32,000 nucleotides of DNA. Source: Vibrio alginolyticus NBRC 15630 = ATCC 17749 (lineage in GTDB: Bacteria > Pseudomonadota > Gammaproteobacteria > Enterobacterales > Vibrionaceae). The stretch spans positions 2,850,001-2,882,000 of the forward strand of contig NC_022349.1 in assembly GCF_000354175.2 (NCBI RefSeq), in the 5' to 3' direction. The notes beneath the pieces were generated by a model. It had not been told where the DNA came from. It made no database searches and saw nothing but the letters and a program-made list of their open reading frames with translations. A program made the position numbers and the translations under genes. The first letter of the stretch is position 1. Each line of letters begins with the position of its first letter. Positions 1 through 8,670 of the stretch are shown here, piece after piece.

Positions 1-676
1 CAGTCACCATGGTCGGGTTTTGCAGATCAAGGAAGTACTGCGGTACTTGCTCGGTCGTTAACTGACCTTTGTACACCAATGTCTTGTAAGACATAGAGTT
101 AATGTAGAAGTCGTCACCAATGTTCGAAACGCTTTCTAGGCAAACACGTACAGTGTAGTTACGAAGCACGTACAGTTTGCGTTCTAGTTCTTCAGGTGTG
201 ATGCCAGGGCCACCAGAGATAAACACATGCTCAAACTGAGGCTCTGTGCTTAGTGGGTCTGCACCGATCATTGAGTTGTCGGTTGGCAGAACGCGGTAGC
301 CGATAACTTCAAGATCTAGACGCTGTGCATTACGTTCTAGAATGTCACGGCATTGCTCGCGTTTGTATTCGTCTTTCGGGAAAAGAACGACACCAACACC
401 ATACTTTTCAAACGAAGGCAGTTTAATGCCTAGCTTAACGGCTTCTTCTAATAGGAATTCATGAGGTTTTTGTAGCAAGATACCCGCACCGTCACCGCTG
501 CATGGGTCACAACCTTGACCACCACGGTGTTCCATGCGAGCCAGCATATCCAATGCTTGAGTCACTACTTCATGAGATTTACGGTTTTTAAGGTGAGCAA
601 CAAAACCGATACCACAAGCGTCATGCTCCAGTTCCGGAGTGTACAGACCCTGTGGATTTTGCTCTCTATCTACCAT
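1..676 (-). CDS. gltB: glutamate synthase large subunit, N-terminal part (gene continues past the left edge)
   Basis: The reverse strand from ATG at 676 reads MVDREQNPQGLYTPELEHDACGIGFVAHLKNRKSHEVVTQALDMLARMEHRGGQGCDPCSGDGAGILLQKPHEF... and stays open to position 1. This is the Ntn-amidotransferase N-terminus of GltB, with the catalytic Cys in HDACGIGF. It is missing from the ORF track because no stop falls inside the window. It is divergent from yhcC as in E. coli. Confidence 0.85.
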   Translation of the reverse strand, partial: MVDREQNPQGLYTPELEHDACGIGFVAHLKNRKSHEVVTQALDMLARMEHRGGQGCDPCSGDGAGILLQKPHEFLLEEAVKLGIKLPSFEKYGVGVVLFPKDEYKREQCRDILERNAQRLDLEVIGYRVLPTDNSMIGADPLSTEPQFEHVFISGGPGITPEELERKLYVLRNYTVRVCLESVSNIGDDFYINSMSYKTLVYKGQLTTEQVPQYFLDLQNPTMVT

Positions 677-1227
677 AGATACATCCTTCCAGTTCAATGT
701 CGACGCAAAAGTACCGGGCAGCAAATACTACCTAGACTATTGATTACGTCTTGTCCTTTATATTTATTATCGCCACCGATCTAGGTTGACCGGTCTTGAT
801 TCCTTTCCGTATCTCGCAGGAAAAGTTTTGCGAGAAAAACAATCCTTGGTGGTATCCCTTTATTTATTATCACTATCTAGTGATTTATATAGGTAGGAGT
901 GGGATAACACCGACAAATCCCGCAGTGTGCTTTGTAATAAAAGTCACAAAAATAACGGGGTTGTGTAAGTATCCTACAATTTTGTCACTTCAGAATGCAA
1001 TGAAAAACTCGGCGTTGTGACCCAATTTTTTCGTTTAATTATGCATTTTTAGTTTAACATTTACGCAACATGAACGATTTTTGTCTTTAATTATGCAAGT
1101 TTATTGATTTTGACCCGCATGATGGGTGTTTGAATTGATTAATATTGTGTGTTTTTTCTTGCAGGGATGTAATTTATTTACACAGATCGTAGTGAGATTG
1201 ATTACGATTTATTGTTGGTGAGAATTT

Positions 1228-2187
1228 ATGCAGTTACATGAGTTGGTCAATACAATCGGCCAAGATCTTCAGCGTCGATACGGTGAAAAGGTTCATAAGT
1301 TAACATTGCACGGTGGATTTAGTTGCCCTAACCGCGATGGCACGATTGGGCGGGGAGGATGTACATTTTGCAATGTGGCTTCGTTTGCAGATGAAGAAGT
1401 CCAGATAAAAAGCATTCACGAACAGTTAAAAGATCGCGCAGGTGAAATTCACAGAGCGAAGAAGTATCTCGCTTATTTTCAGGCCTACACCAGTACCTAT
1501 GCAGAAGTACAAGTTCTCAAAAACATGTATGAGGAAGCACTAAAGGCTGCAGACATGGTTGGTCTTTGTGTGGGGACGCGTCCTGATTGCGTCCCTGATG
1601 CGGTATTGGATTTACTGTCGGGCTATGTACAGCAAGGTTATGAAATTTGGCTAGAACTAGGTCTTCAAACCGCAAACAATGACACCCTCAAACGTATCAA
1701 TCGTGGTCATGACTTTGAGTGTTATGCCGAAATCACTAAGCGTGCTCGAACACTCGGAATCAAGGTTTGTACTCACTTAATTGTGGGTTTACCCAAAGAA
1801 ACCCGCGCCGAAAATATTGAAACGCTGCAAAAAGTGTTGACCGTGGGAACGGATGGCATCAAGTTACATGGCTTGCATATTGTCGAAGGTAGCACCATGG
1901 CGAAAGCTTGGCGTGCTGGAAAGCTAGAAGCCCCTGAATTAGAAGAATATGTTGCGATCGCCAGTGAAATGATTCGTATGACACCACCAGATGTGATTTA
2001 TCATCGCGTTTCATCAGCAGCTAGGAGGCCCACGTTATTATCGCCTCTGTGGTGTGAAAACCGTTGGCTAGCGATGACGGAAATTGGTCGAGATCTCAGT
2101 GCTCATGGTGCTCAAGGGAGTCTTACGGGGAATACCTTTATCTATACTAAACCGGAATTAATAGCAGATCGCTCAATAAATAACTGA
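1228..2187 (+). CDS. yhcC: TIGR01212/YhcC-family radical SAM protein
   Basis: 319-aa ORF with the N-terminal cysteine cluster GGFSCPNRDGTIGRGGCTFC typical of the YhcC radical-SAM family. GGTGAG lies about 8 nt upstream of the ATG. Its position between gltB (divergent) and arcB matches E. coli. Confidence 0.85.
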   Translation: MQLHELVNTIGQDLQRRYGEKVHKLTLHGGFSCPNRDGTIGRGGCTFCNVASFADEEVQIKSIHEQLKDRAGEIHRAKKYLAYFQAYTSTYAEVQVLKNMYEEALKAADMVGLCVGTRPDCVPDAVLDLLSGYVQQGYEIWLELGLQTANNDTLKRINRGHDFECYAEITKRARTLGIKVCTHLIVGLPKETRAENIETLQKVLTVGTDGIKLHGLHIVEGSTMAKAWRAGKLEAPELEEYVAIASEMIRMTPPDVIYHRVSSAARRPTLLSPLWCENRWLAMTEIGRDLSAHGAQGSLTGNTFIYTKPELIADRSINN

Positions 2188-2222
2188 TATATTTTAACCA
2201 GTGTTCTTTGAAGGTTTAAACG

Positions 2223-3968
2223 ATGGATCAGTTACTCAATTGGCTTTGGGGTGGTCAAGGCGGTTATGGCTATGTCGTCTTGTTGTTAATCGCAGGCGTG
2301 TGCGCGTTAGCACTGATCTATTTGCACTTTCAGACGTCACTTAAGCAACTAGTAACGGATTCTCCCTATCCAGTCATAGTGGTGGACACTAGCCATGCTC
2401 AGCTCTTGCTATCTAACCAGGCTGCGATGCAGTTATTAGGCATTCGCTCTTTGGGAACGGGGTATTTGTATCCTGCTTTATTCGATATTCATGAGCTTGA
2501 GCAGTTTCTCGATCGCTTCTCTAGTCGTCATTTTCGTCAGCAGGCTTTTGACTGGCGACTATCTGATAGTGAATCTATTAAAGTGGAGCTGTCAGGCAGA
2601 AAGAGTTTATTGCGCAATCATCGAGTTTGGATTCTTTATGCTCAGCCATATCAAGCCACTCACCAAGAGCAGCAACAAGAACTTGCACAATTAATCATCG
2701 CACGTTCGGCATTAGACTCACTTTCAGAGCTGATTTATACCCAAGACCGCCAAGGCAATCTGTTAACGACCAATCGAGCATTTGATCAATTCTGGCAAGG
2801 GCGAAGGGAAGAAGCTTGCGCATCCAAGACCTTGGGTGAGATGACCAGAAAAAGCGAACGTAAATGGACAACGGATCCACAAGGTCGAAGTTGCTTATTG
2901 GAAGTCAATCAAAACTCTCTTGTTTCGCCGAGTGGTGAGCTTATCGGTACGCTGTCTATTAGTCATGACGTGACTGAATGGCACAAGATGCAACAGAATC
3001 TGCGAGATGAAATGGAGCGTCGCAAAGATACAGAGGTGGCGCTAGCGCAAAGAGATACTATCTTACAAACGATTCTGGATGCCAGTCCGGACTCTATTGG
3101 TATTTTCAATGAGAACATGGTCTATCAAGCGTGTAATCAGCCTTTTGTTAAGGCGTTAGGCATTTCAAAAATTTCTGATTTGATAGGTAAGCGCCTCCAA
3201 GACGTGATTCCTAAAGAGATGTACGCGCGCTTAGCAGACAGTGACTTAGAAGCATTACGCCAGTTAGAGCCAGTTCGATACATAGATAAAGTCGTGAGTA
3301 GTGATGGTAAAAGTACGTGGTTTGATGTGGTGAAATCGCCTTTTAAAGATAAAGCATCAGGAACGAATGGTGTGCTGATCATGGCGCGTGATATTTCTGA
3401 GCGTTATCTTGCAGAACAAAAGTTGGAAAAAGCCAACCTAGAGTTAGAAAAATTGAGCTTTATGGATAGCTTAACTCAAGTATCGAACCGACGCCGTTTC
3501 GACGAACAGCTGCAGGTATTGTGGTACCACCACGCTCGAGAAAAGCTGCCGCTCACCATCATGTTATGTGACATCGACTTTTTCAAAGATTACAACGACT
3601 GTTACGGTCACCAACAAGGTGATGAAGCGTTAGTCAGTGTCGCTACCGTGTTTACACAAGTCATCAATCGTTCTTCGGATTGTGTTGCGCGTTATGGTGG
3701 CGAGGAGTTTGGTTTTATATTGCCGAATACCACCACGGAAGGTGCGCGCAACGTAGCGCAGCGTATTCATGAGAAAATTCTACAGCTTGATATGGAACAC
3801 GACAGTTCAGAAGCATCTGAACGCCTTACCGTCAGTATCGGTCTGGTCTCTTACATTCCTCAGCATGGTGATGAACCCGAAATGGGCATCGCTATGGCTG
3901 ACAGTGCGTTATACCAAGCTAAAGCTGATGGACGTAATCGCACCTGTATTCACCCCAGTTCTTGCTAA
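2223..3968 (+). CDS. membrane-anchored PAS-domain diguanylate cyclase (GGDEF)
   Basis: 581-aa ORF with one N-terminal hydrophobic segment (YGYVVLLLIAGVCALALIYLHF) and a central PAS-like region. The C-terminal GGDEF domain has an intact GGEEF (nt 3696-3710) and an RSSD (RxxD I-site, nt 3669-3680) five residues upstream. Confidence 0.85.
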   Translation: MDQLLNWLWGGQGGYGYVVLLLIAGVCALALIYLHFQTSLKQLVTDSPYPVIVVDTSHAQLLLSNQAAMQLLGIRSLGTGYLYPALFDIHELEQFLDRFSSRHFRQQAFDWRLSDSESIKVELSGRKSLLRNHRVWILYAQPYQATHQEQQQELAQLIIARSALDSLSELIYTQDRQGNLLTTNRAFDQFWQGRREEACASKTLGEMTRKSERKWTTDPQGRSCLLEVNQNSLVSPSGELIGTLSISHDVTEWHKMQQNLRDEMERRKDTEVALAQRDTILQTILDASPDSIGIFNENMVYQACNQPFVKALGISKISDLIGKRLQDVIPKEMYARLADSDLEALRQLEPVRYIDKVVSSDGKSTWFDVVKSPFKDKASGTNGVLIMARDISERYLAEQKLEKANLELEKLSFMDSLTQVSNRRRFDEQLQVLWYHHAREKLPLTIMLCDIDFFKDYNDCYGHQQGDEALVSVATVFTQVINRSSDCVARYGGEEFGFILPNTTTEGARNVAQRIHEKILQLDMEHDSSEASERLTVSIGLVSYIPQHGDEPEMGIAMADSALYQAKADGRNRTCIHPSSC

Positions 3969-4205
3969 CGCTTTGTGACCGCTTGCTCTAAGTTGATAGC
4001 TGATTGTTTAAATCACCGTATTAAACACGTTAAACTTACACAAGCCTGTGCGCTCGTTGGTTTATCTTTCTATCTCGTGTCACAAGCGTAGATCGCACCG
4101 TGTGTTTTTCACTAATCAAACAGACCTAAATTGCGTTAGGTCGAGTGCATTTACCTGTTTTTCATCATCGAATGGCGCTATCTAGCCACCACCATGGAGT
4201 AGTTA

Positions 4206-6560
4206 ATGAAACCCATGAAAAATCTCGCCCAGTATTATGTCGACTTGCTAGTCAAACTGGGGATTGTTCGCTTCTCTATTTTGCTAGCCCTTGCGCTGGT
4301 GGCATTAGCTGTTGTGGTGCAGGTAGGGATTACTTTAGCTCTCAAAGGGCGAGTAGATGATATCGACATTGTCCGTTCGGTGTTTTTTGGTCTATTGATC
4401 ACCCCTTGGGCGGTTTACTTCCTCTCTGTGGTTGTCGATCAACTAGAAGAGTCTCGCCAGCGTTTAACTAAGCTGGTGTCCAAACTGAAGGACATGCGTT
4501 CGCGAGATCAAGAGTTGAATTACCAACTTCAACAAAACATTGAAAAGCTTAACCAAGAAATTGAAGAGCGTATTAAAGCGGAAGAAGCACGTGAAGAGGC
4601 GATGCAAGACCTCGAGAATGAAGTTTTCCAACGTGAACGTACTCAGCTTGAGCTTGCCGAGCGTACGGCGCTGTTACGTTCTTTTATCGATGCGTCTCCA
4701 GACTTGATTTACTACCGCAATGCCGATGGTGTTTTCTCTGGCTGTAACCGCGCGATGGAAGAGCTAACTGGGAAGAAAGAACATCAATTGGTGGGGTTAA
4801 GCCCTTGGGATGTGTATAGCAAAGAAATCGCCGAGCATATCGTTGATACTGACCAAAAGGTTTTTGCCGATAATCAAGCAATTACTTACGAGCAATGGCT
4901 CGAATACCCAGATGGTCGCAAGCATTACTTTGAGCTGCGTAAAGTGCCATTTTACAGCAAAGATGGCCGCCACCTTGGTCTCGTTGGGTTCGGTCGTGAT
5001 ATCACTGAACGTAAGCGCCATGAAGAGTCGTTAGAGAAAGCAAGCCGCGACAAAACTACCTTCATCTCAACCATCAGTCATGAGCTGCGAACGCCGCTGA
5101 ATGGCATTGTAGGCTTAAGTCGTATGCTTCTAGATAGTCCGTTGACAGAAGAGCAGCGTAAACACATGCAGACCATCAATGTGAGTGCGATTACTCTAGG
5201 TAACATCTTCAACGATATTATCGATATGGATAAATTTGATCGCCGTAAGTTAGAACTATTACCTGCGCCACTTAACTTCGAAGACTTCGTCGCAGAGATT
5301 GAGAGTATCTCAGCTCTGATGGCGGAACAAAAAGGGTTACGCTTTGACTTAGAACGTTTAAGCGACTTGCCAAAAGCAATTGAAGTGGATGCAACCCGTC
5401 TACGTCAGGTGATTTGGAACTTGGTCAGCAACGCAATGAAGTTCACCAAGGAAGGTGGCGTTGTGATGACAGTGAGCGCGGATGTCGAAGACGATTTTGC
5501 GACCATTATTATGGAAGTGGAAGACACAGGTATTGGTATCCCAGACGAAGAGCTAGATAAGATCTTTGCGATGTACTACCAAGTGAAATCAGGCAAGGAC
5601 AACCTGCATGCGGTCGGTACAGGTATTGGTTTGGCGGTATCTAAGCAACTGATCAATATGATGGATGGTGACATTACGGTTACCAGTGAGGAAGGCTTTG
5701 GTAGCACTTTTACTGTATCGATCCACGTTCCGATTGTTGAACTAGCTGAGCCAGTCATTGATGCGAAACGCGACAATGTGCGCCTCAACATATTTATGGT
5801 CGAAGACATCGAGCTTAACGTAACTGTGGCTAAATCGTTACTAGAGAGCCTAGGGCACTCTGTCACCGTGGCAATGACGGGCCAAGAAGCGTTAGTGAAC
5901 TTTGTGCCAGAAAAATACGACTTAGCGTTGTTGGATATCCAACTGCCTGATATGACGGGCTTTGATGTCGCCAATTATTACCGCAAGCATTATAACAATC
6001 TTCCTCCATTGGTCGCCTTAACTGCTAATGTAATGAAAGATCGTCGTGAATACTTAGATAACGGCATGGATGATGCGATCAGTAAGCCGCTGGCAGTGAA
6101 TGCTATTCAGTCAGTGATTGATAAATTCTTCGCTCACCAGTTAGAACAACCTAAGGAAGTGGTGAGCGGTCCCGAAACAGTGGAAGAGCCAGTGCCTTCT
6201 CCTGTGATTGAGACACATTTGCTCGATATGGATATGTTAGAGTCTTACGTCGACATTGTTGGTGCAAAACCTGTCTACGACAGCATAAAAATGTTTGAAG
6301 ATATGATGCCAGACTATATCGATGTCTTAGATTCGAACATGACAGCGAAAGATCAAGATGGGATTGTTTCTGAAGCGCATAAAATCAAAGGTGCTGCAGG
6401 TTCAATTGGCCTGAAACGTATCCAAAGTGTGGCGCAAAAAGCGCAATCGCCCGATATGCCAGCATGGTGGGAAAACATTTCAGACTGGGTTGAAGAGATC
6501 AAAAATGAATACCAAAACGATATTCAAGTCCTCAAAAGTTGGTTGGAACAAAGGAAATAA
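4206..6560 (+). CDS. arcB: aerobic respiration control sensor kinase ArcB (tripartite HK-REC-HPt)
   Basis: 784 aa and collinear with E. coli ArcB: N-terminus LAQYYVDLLVKLGIVRFS, PAS with FSGCNRAME, H-box SHELRTPLNGIVG, receiver LLDIQLPDMTG, HPt EAHKIKGAAGS. GGAG lies 7 nt upstream of the ATG. Confidence 0.95.
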   Translation: MKPMKNLAQYYVDLLVKLGIVRFSILLALALVALAVVVQVGITLALKGRVDDIDIVRSVFFGLLITPWAVYFLSVVVDQLEESRQRLTKLVSKLKDMRSRDQELNYQLQQNIEKLNQEIEERIKAEEAREEAMQDLENEVFQRERTQLELAERTALLRSFIDASPDLIYYRNADGVFSGCNRAMEELTGKKEHQLVGLSPWDVYSKEIAEHIVDTDQKVFADNQAITYEQWLEYPDGRKHYFELRKVPFYSKDGRHLGLVGFGRDITERKRHEESLEKASRDKTTFISTISHELRTPLNGIVGLSRMLLDSPLTEEQRKHMQTINVSAITLGNIFNDIIDMDKFDRRKLELLPAPLNFEDFVAEIESISALMAEQKGLRFDLERLSDLPKAIEVDATRLRQVIWNLVSNAMKFTKEGGVVMTVSADVEDDFATIIMEVEDTGIGIPDEELDKIFAMYYQVKSGKDNLHAVGTGIGLAVSKQLINMMDGDITVTSEEGFGSTFTVSIHVPIVELAEPVIDAKRDNVRLNIFMVEDIELNVTVAKSLLESLGHSVTVAMTGQEALVNFVPEKYDLALLDIQLPDMTGFDVANYYRKHYNNLPPLVALTANVMKDRREYLDNGMDDAISKPLAVNAIQSVIDKFFAHQLEQPKEVVSGPETVEEPVPSPVIETHLLDMDMLESYVDIVGAKPVYDSIKMFEDMMPDYIDVLDSNMTAKDQDGIVSEAHKIKGAAGSIGLKRIQSVAQKAQSPDMPAWWENISDWVEEIKNEYQNDIQVLKSWLEQRK

Positions 6561-6561
6561 C

Positions 6562-7035
6562 ATGAAAAGAATCGCACCATTGGCATTAGCCATGGCATTA
6601 GCCATGGCATTAGCCATGGCATTGATGGCAGGCTGTAGTTCCGTTCCAAATGTGAATTGGCAACAAAACAGTCAGATTACGATTAATGAGGTTAATGTTG
6701 AGCTCAAAAGTAATTTATGGGTGAACCTCATGCCGAATATTGGGGACGTGGAAGAGCAAAGTATTCAAGGTGCACTTTACCTCGAAGGAGATCAGTTACT
6801 TCCTGCAAATCTAACGGCAGAAGCTCTTATTATTAAACAGGGGCAAAAAGAGTGGTTGGTGGACAGTGCGTCTTTAGATACTCGAACGCACAGTGAAAGC
6901 CGATGGGAGGTGGCGTTCTCGTCTCACATTGATGTGAACACAGAAAAATCGGTTGATATCGCAGTGCTTCTAGACGATGCGGGTAAACAGCGTTGGTTAG
7001 TCGAAAAGTACGTGAAGATTAACAAGGTTTATTAA
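6562..7035 (+). CDS. putative lipoprotein of unknown function
   Basis: The ATG is 1 nt after the arcB TAA (6558-6560). The product begins MKRIAPLALAMALAMALAMALMAGC|SS, a signal peptide with a lipobox (M-A-G-C), and is 157 aa. The longer ORF-track start at 6427 overlaps arcB and is not needed. I recognise no family. Confidence 0.7.
   Translation: MKRIAPLALAMALAMALAMALMAGCSSVPNVNWQQNSQITINEVNVELKSNLWVNLMPNIGDVEEQSIQGALYLEGDQLLPANLTAEALIIKQGQKEWLVDSASLDTRTHSESRWEVAFSSHIDVNTEKSVDIAVLLDDAGKQRWLVEKYVKINKVY
6581..6628 (+). repeat. 12-bp in-frame tandem repeat (TGGCATTAGCCA x3 plus one degenerate copy)
   Basis: Read directly: copies at 6581-6592, 6593-6604 and 6605-6616 are identical, and 6617-6628 (TGGCATTGATGG) is degenerate. 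The repeat encodes the LAMA repeats in the signal-peptide h-region. Confidence 0.9.
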
Positions 7036-7071
7036 CCGCAATGATGTTGCATTAGTCGTTAGACCTAAAAC

Positions 7072-7104
7072 AAAAAGGGCTTGCTCAATGAGCAAGCCCT
7101 TTGC
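7072..7104. terminator. bidirectional intrinsic terminator between the lipoprotein gene and arcA
   Basis: GGGCTTGCTC (7077-7086) pairs with GAGCAAGCCC (7090-7099). It is flanked by an A-run upstream and TTT downstream. On the minus strand the stem is followed by TTTTTGTTTT, so it is strongest for arcA. Confidence 0.75.
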
Positions 7105-7120
7105 ATATTAGCGGTTAAAT

Positions 7121-7837
7121 CTAGTCTTCTAGATCGCCACAGAAGCGGTAACCTTCGCCGTGGATAGTGGCGATGATTTCTGGCGTACCTGAAACAGACT
7201 CAAAGTGCTTACGGATACGACGAATCGTTACGTCTACAGTACGGTCGTGTGGCTTAAGTTCACGACCAGTCATCTTCTTAAGAAGATCTGCACGAGTTTG
7301 AATCTTACCCGGGTTCTCACAGAAGTGCAGTAATGCGCGGAACTCAGAGCGAGGTAGCTTGTAGCTATCACCAGCAGGGCTTACTAGAGAGCGGCTGTTG
7401 ATGTCTAGTACCCAACCGTTGAATTCATACTTTTCTACCGAGCGCTTCTCTTCTTGCACCGCGTTAGAGCTCATTGAGCGACTAAGTAGGTTACGTGCAC
7501 GAATAGTTAGTTCACGTGGGTTGAATGGTTTAGTGATGTAGTCATCTGCACCAATCTCAAGACCTAGGATCTTGTCTACTTCATTGTCACGGCCTGTCAG
7601 GAACATTAAAGCAATGTTCGCTTGCTCGCGTAATTCACGCGCTAGTAGAAGGCCATTCTTGCCTGGAAGATTAATGTCCATAATAACCAAGTTGACTGAG
7701 TTATCAGACAACACTTGGTGCATCTCTTCACCGTCACTGGCTTCAAAAACAGCGTATCCCTCTGCTTCAAAAATACTCTTAAGAGTGTTACGAGTTACTT
7801 GCTCATCTTCAACGATAAGAATCTGCGGGGTTTGCAT
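7121..7837 (-). CDS. arcA: two-component response regulator ArcA (OmpR family)
   Basis: 238 aa, near-collinear with E. coli ArcA ([28 protein letters not shown]..., [19 protein letters not shown]-terminal [13 protein letters not shown]). Confidence 0.95.
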   Translation of the reverse strand: MQTPQILIVEDEQVTRNTLKSIFEAEGYAVFEASDGEEMHQVLSDNSVNLVIMDINLPGKNGLLLARELREQANIALMFLTGRDNEVDKILGLEIGADDYITKPFNPRELTIRARNLLSRSMSSNAVQEEKRSVEKYEFNGWVLDINSRSLVSPAGDSYKLPRSEFRALLHFCENPGKIQTRADLLKKMTGRELKPHDRTVDVTIRRIRKHFESVSGTPEIIATIHGEGYRFCGDLED

Positions 7838-8147
7838 TGGCGGTACCTAAATTTGTGACAAAATTGTGCTAATAGAATAAATTCTAGGCAAAAATATAAC
7901 ATACAGGTAATGTGATTTTGATAATAAATCAAGTTGATCAAAAAAACACTTCTTTCAGTTATCCGCCCTCCATGGAATTTTGCCAACTCACCAGTATCCA
8001 ATGGCGACGTTTATTCTAAAGGGCTTGTTTACCTTTCATTTCCTGCTTTCAGTGGGGCCTGAAACGTAAACACCCTAAGATATTGAGCGGATTTTATATT
8101 GTTAACAGCATGCTAACAATGCTCAAATGTTAATTCCATTCAGTTTG

Positions 8148-8161
8148 TTGATTTATATCAA
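8148..8161. promoter_or_regulatory. perfect FNR-type palindrome TTGAT-TTAT-ATCAA
   Basis: Read directly. It matches the FNR consensus TTGAT-N4-ATCAA 10/10. It lies in the arcA / DUF3293-like divergent region, centred about 44 nt upstream of the 8199 ATG and about 317 nt upstream of the arcA ATG. Confidence 0.45.
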
Positions 8162-8198
8162 TTGATGAAATGTAACTGTTATTAATCGTTTAAGACTT

Positions 8199-8606
8199 AT
8201 GATAGAAAAAAGTAATAAGAACATAGACGCATCGTTATGGAATGCTTATTCAGAATCTTTTTTCAGATTCGAAGCCGAGTGGCGTGTTTCAAACTATGCT
8301 GTGATAACCGCTTGGAACCCATACAGTAACTTGAGGTCCAAAGAAGAGAACAGCATAAACAATCACGCGTTAGAAAAACAGCTACAGCACGTTAATTACG
8401 CGCCTGTCACGGTAGGTGATAGCGCTTTTACATGGTATGAGGAAAGCTTTGCCGTCGAGTTGTCGCCAGAGGTAGCCGTTGAATTGGCGAGTGACTTTCA
8501 ACAAAACGCGATTTATTACGTCATTAATGACCAACTTTATCTTATTGCGTGCTCGCAGCCGAAAGTTTTTCATACGTTAGGCTCCCTTAAACCTCGGCTC
8601 GTATAG
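8199..8606 (+). CDS. conserved hypothetical protein (resembles DUF3293 family from memory)
   Basis: 135-aa ORF containing an AVITAWNP motif, which I associate with DUF3293 proteins of Vibrio and Shewanella. It has no obvious SD. Assignment to the family is from recollection only. Confidence 0.55.
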   Translation: MIEKSNKNIDASLWNAYSESFFRFEAEWRVSNYAVITAWNPYSNLRSKEENSINNHALEKQLQHVNYAPVTVGDSAFTWYEESFAVELSPEVAVELASDFQQNAIYYVINDQLYLIACSQPKVFHTLGSLKPRLV

Positions 8607-8670
8607 AAGGTATAGAAAAGGATACTGCTCACTGAAGCACCGCTTGGGTGAGAAAATTCACGGAGGAAAT

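Noticed and set aside
515-1020. Track ORFs 515-784 (+) and 796-1020 (+)
   Set aside because: The first is antisense to the well-supported gltB N-terminus and runs into its leader. The second lies in the AT-rich control region, has a TTG start and no SD, and its sequence is hydrophobic and aromatic-rich with no recognisable features. Both are likely spurious.
5576-5974. 132-aa antisense ORF inside arcB, with similar antisense or out-of-frame ORFs inside the DGC gene, thrA, thrB, thrC, nfo, the symporter gene, brnQ, dsbC and recJ
   Set aside because: All lie within strongly conserved genes on the opposite strand or in another frame. They are Ser/Arg/Pro-rich or low-complexity and lack an SD, which is typical of shadow ORFs.
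6427-6561. Upstream extensions of track ORFs (6427, 8644, 9674, 12671, 18507, 21725, 24721, 28024, 28895)
   Set aside because: The extensions overlap the preceding gene or a terminator, or use TTG. In most cases an internal ATG has a good SD and gives an N-terminus matching orthologues or a signal peptide, so the shorter starts were preferred. trmN6 and recJ lack a good SD and their starts remain uncertain.
6561-7120. ArcZ-like sRNA convergent with the arcB 3' end, as in E. coli
   Set aside because: The corresponding space is occupied by the lipoprotein CDS. I could not recognise any ArcZ-like conserved 3' segment on the minus strand, and I cannot run a covariance model.
7918-7932. TTGATAATAAATCAA in the arcA upstream region as an FNR site; also TGTGA at 7911 as a CRP half-site
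   Set aside because: The spacer is 5 nt instead of 4, so it is off-consensus for FNR. The CRP second half-site (TAATA) matches only 3/5.
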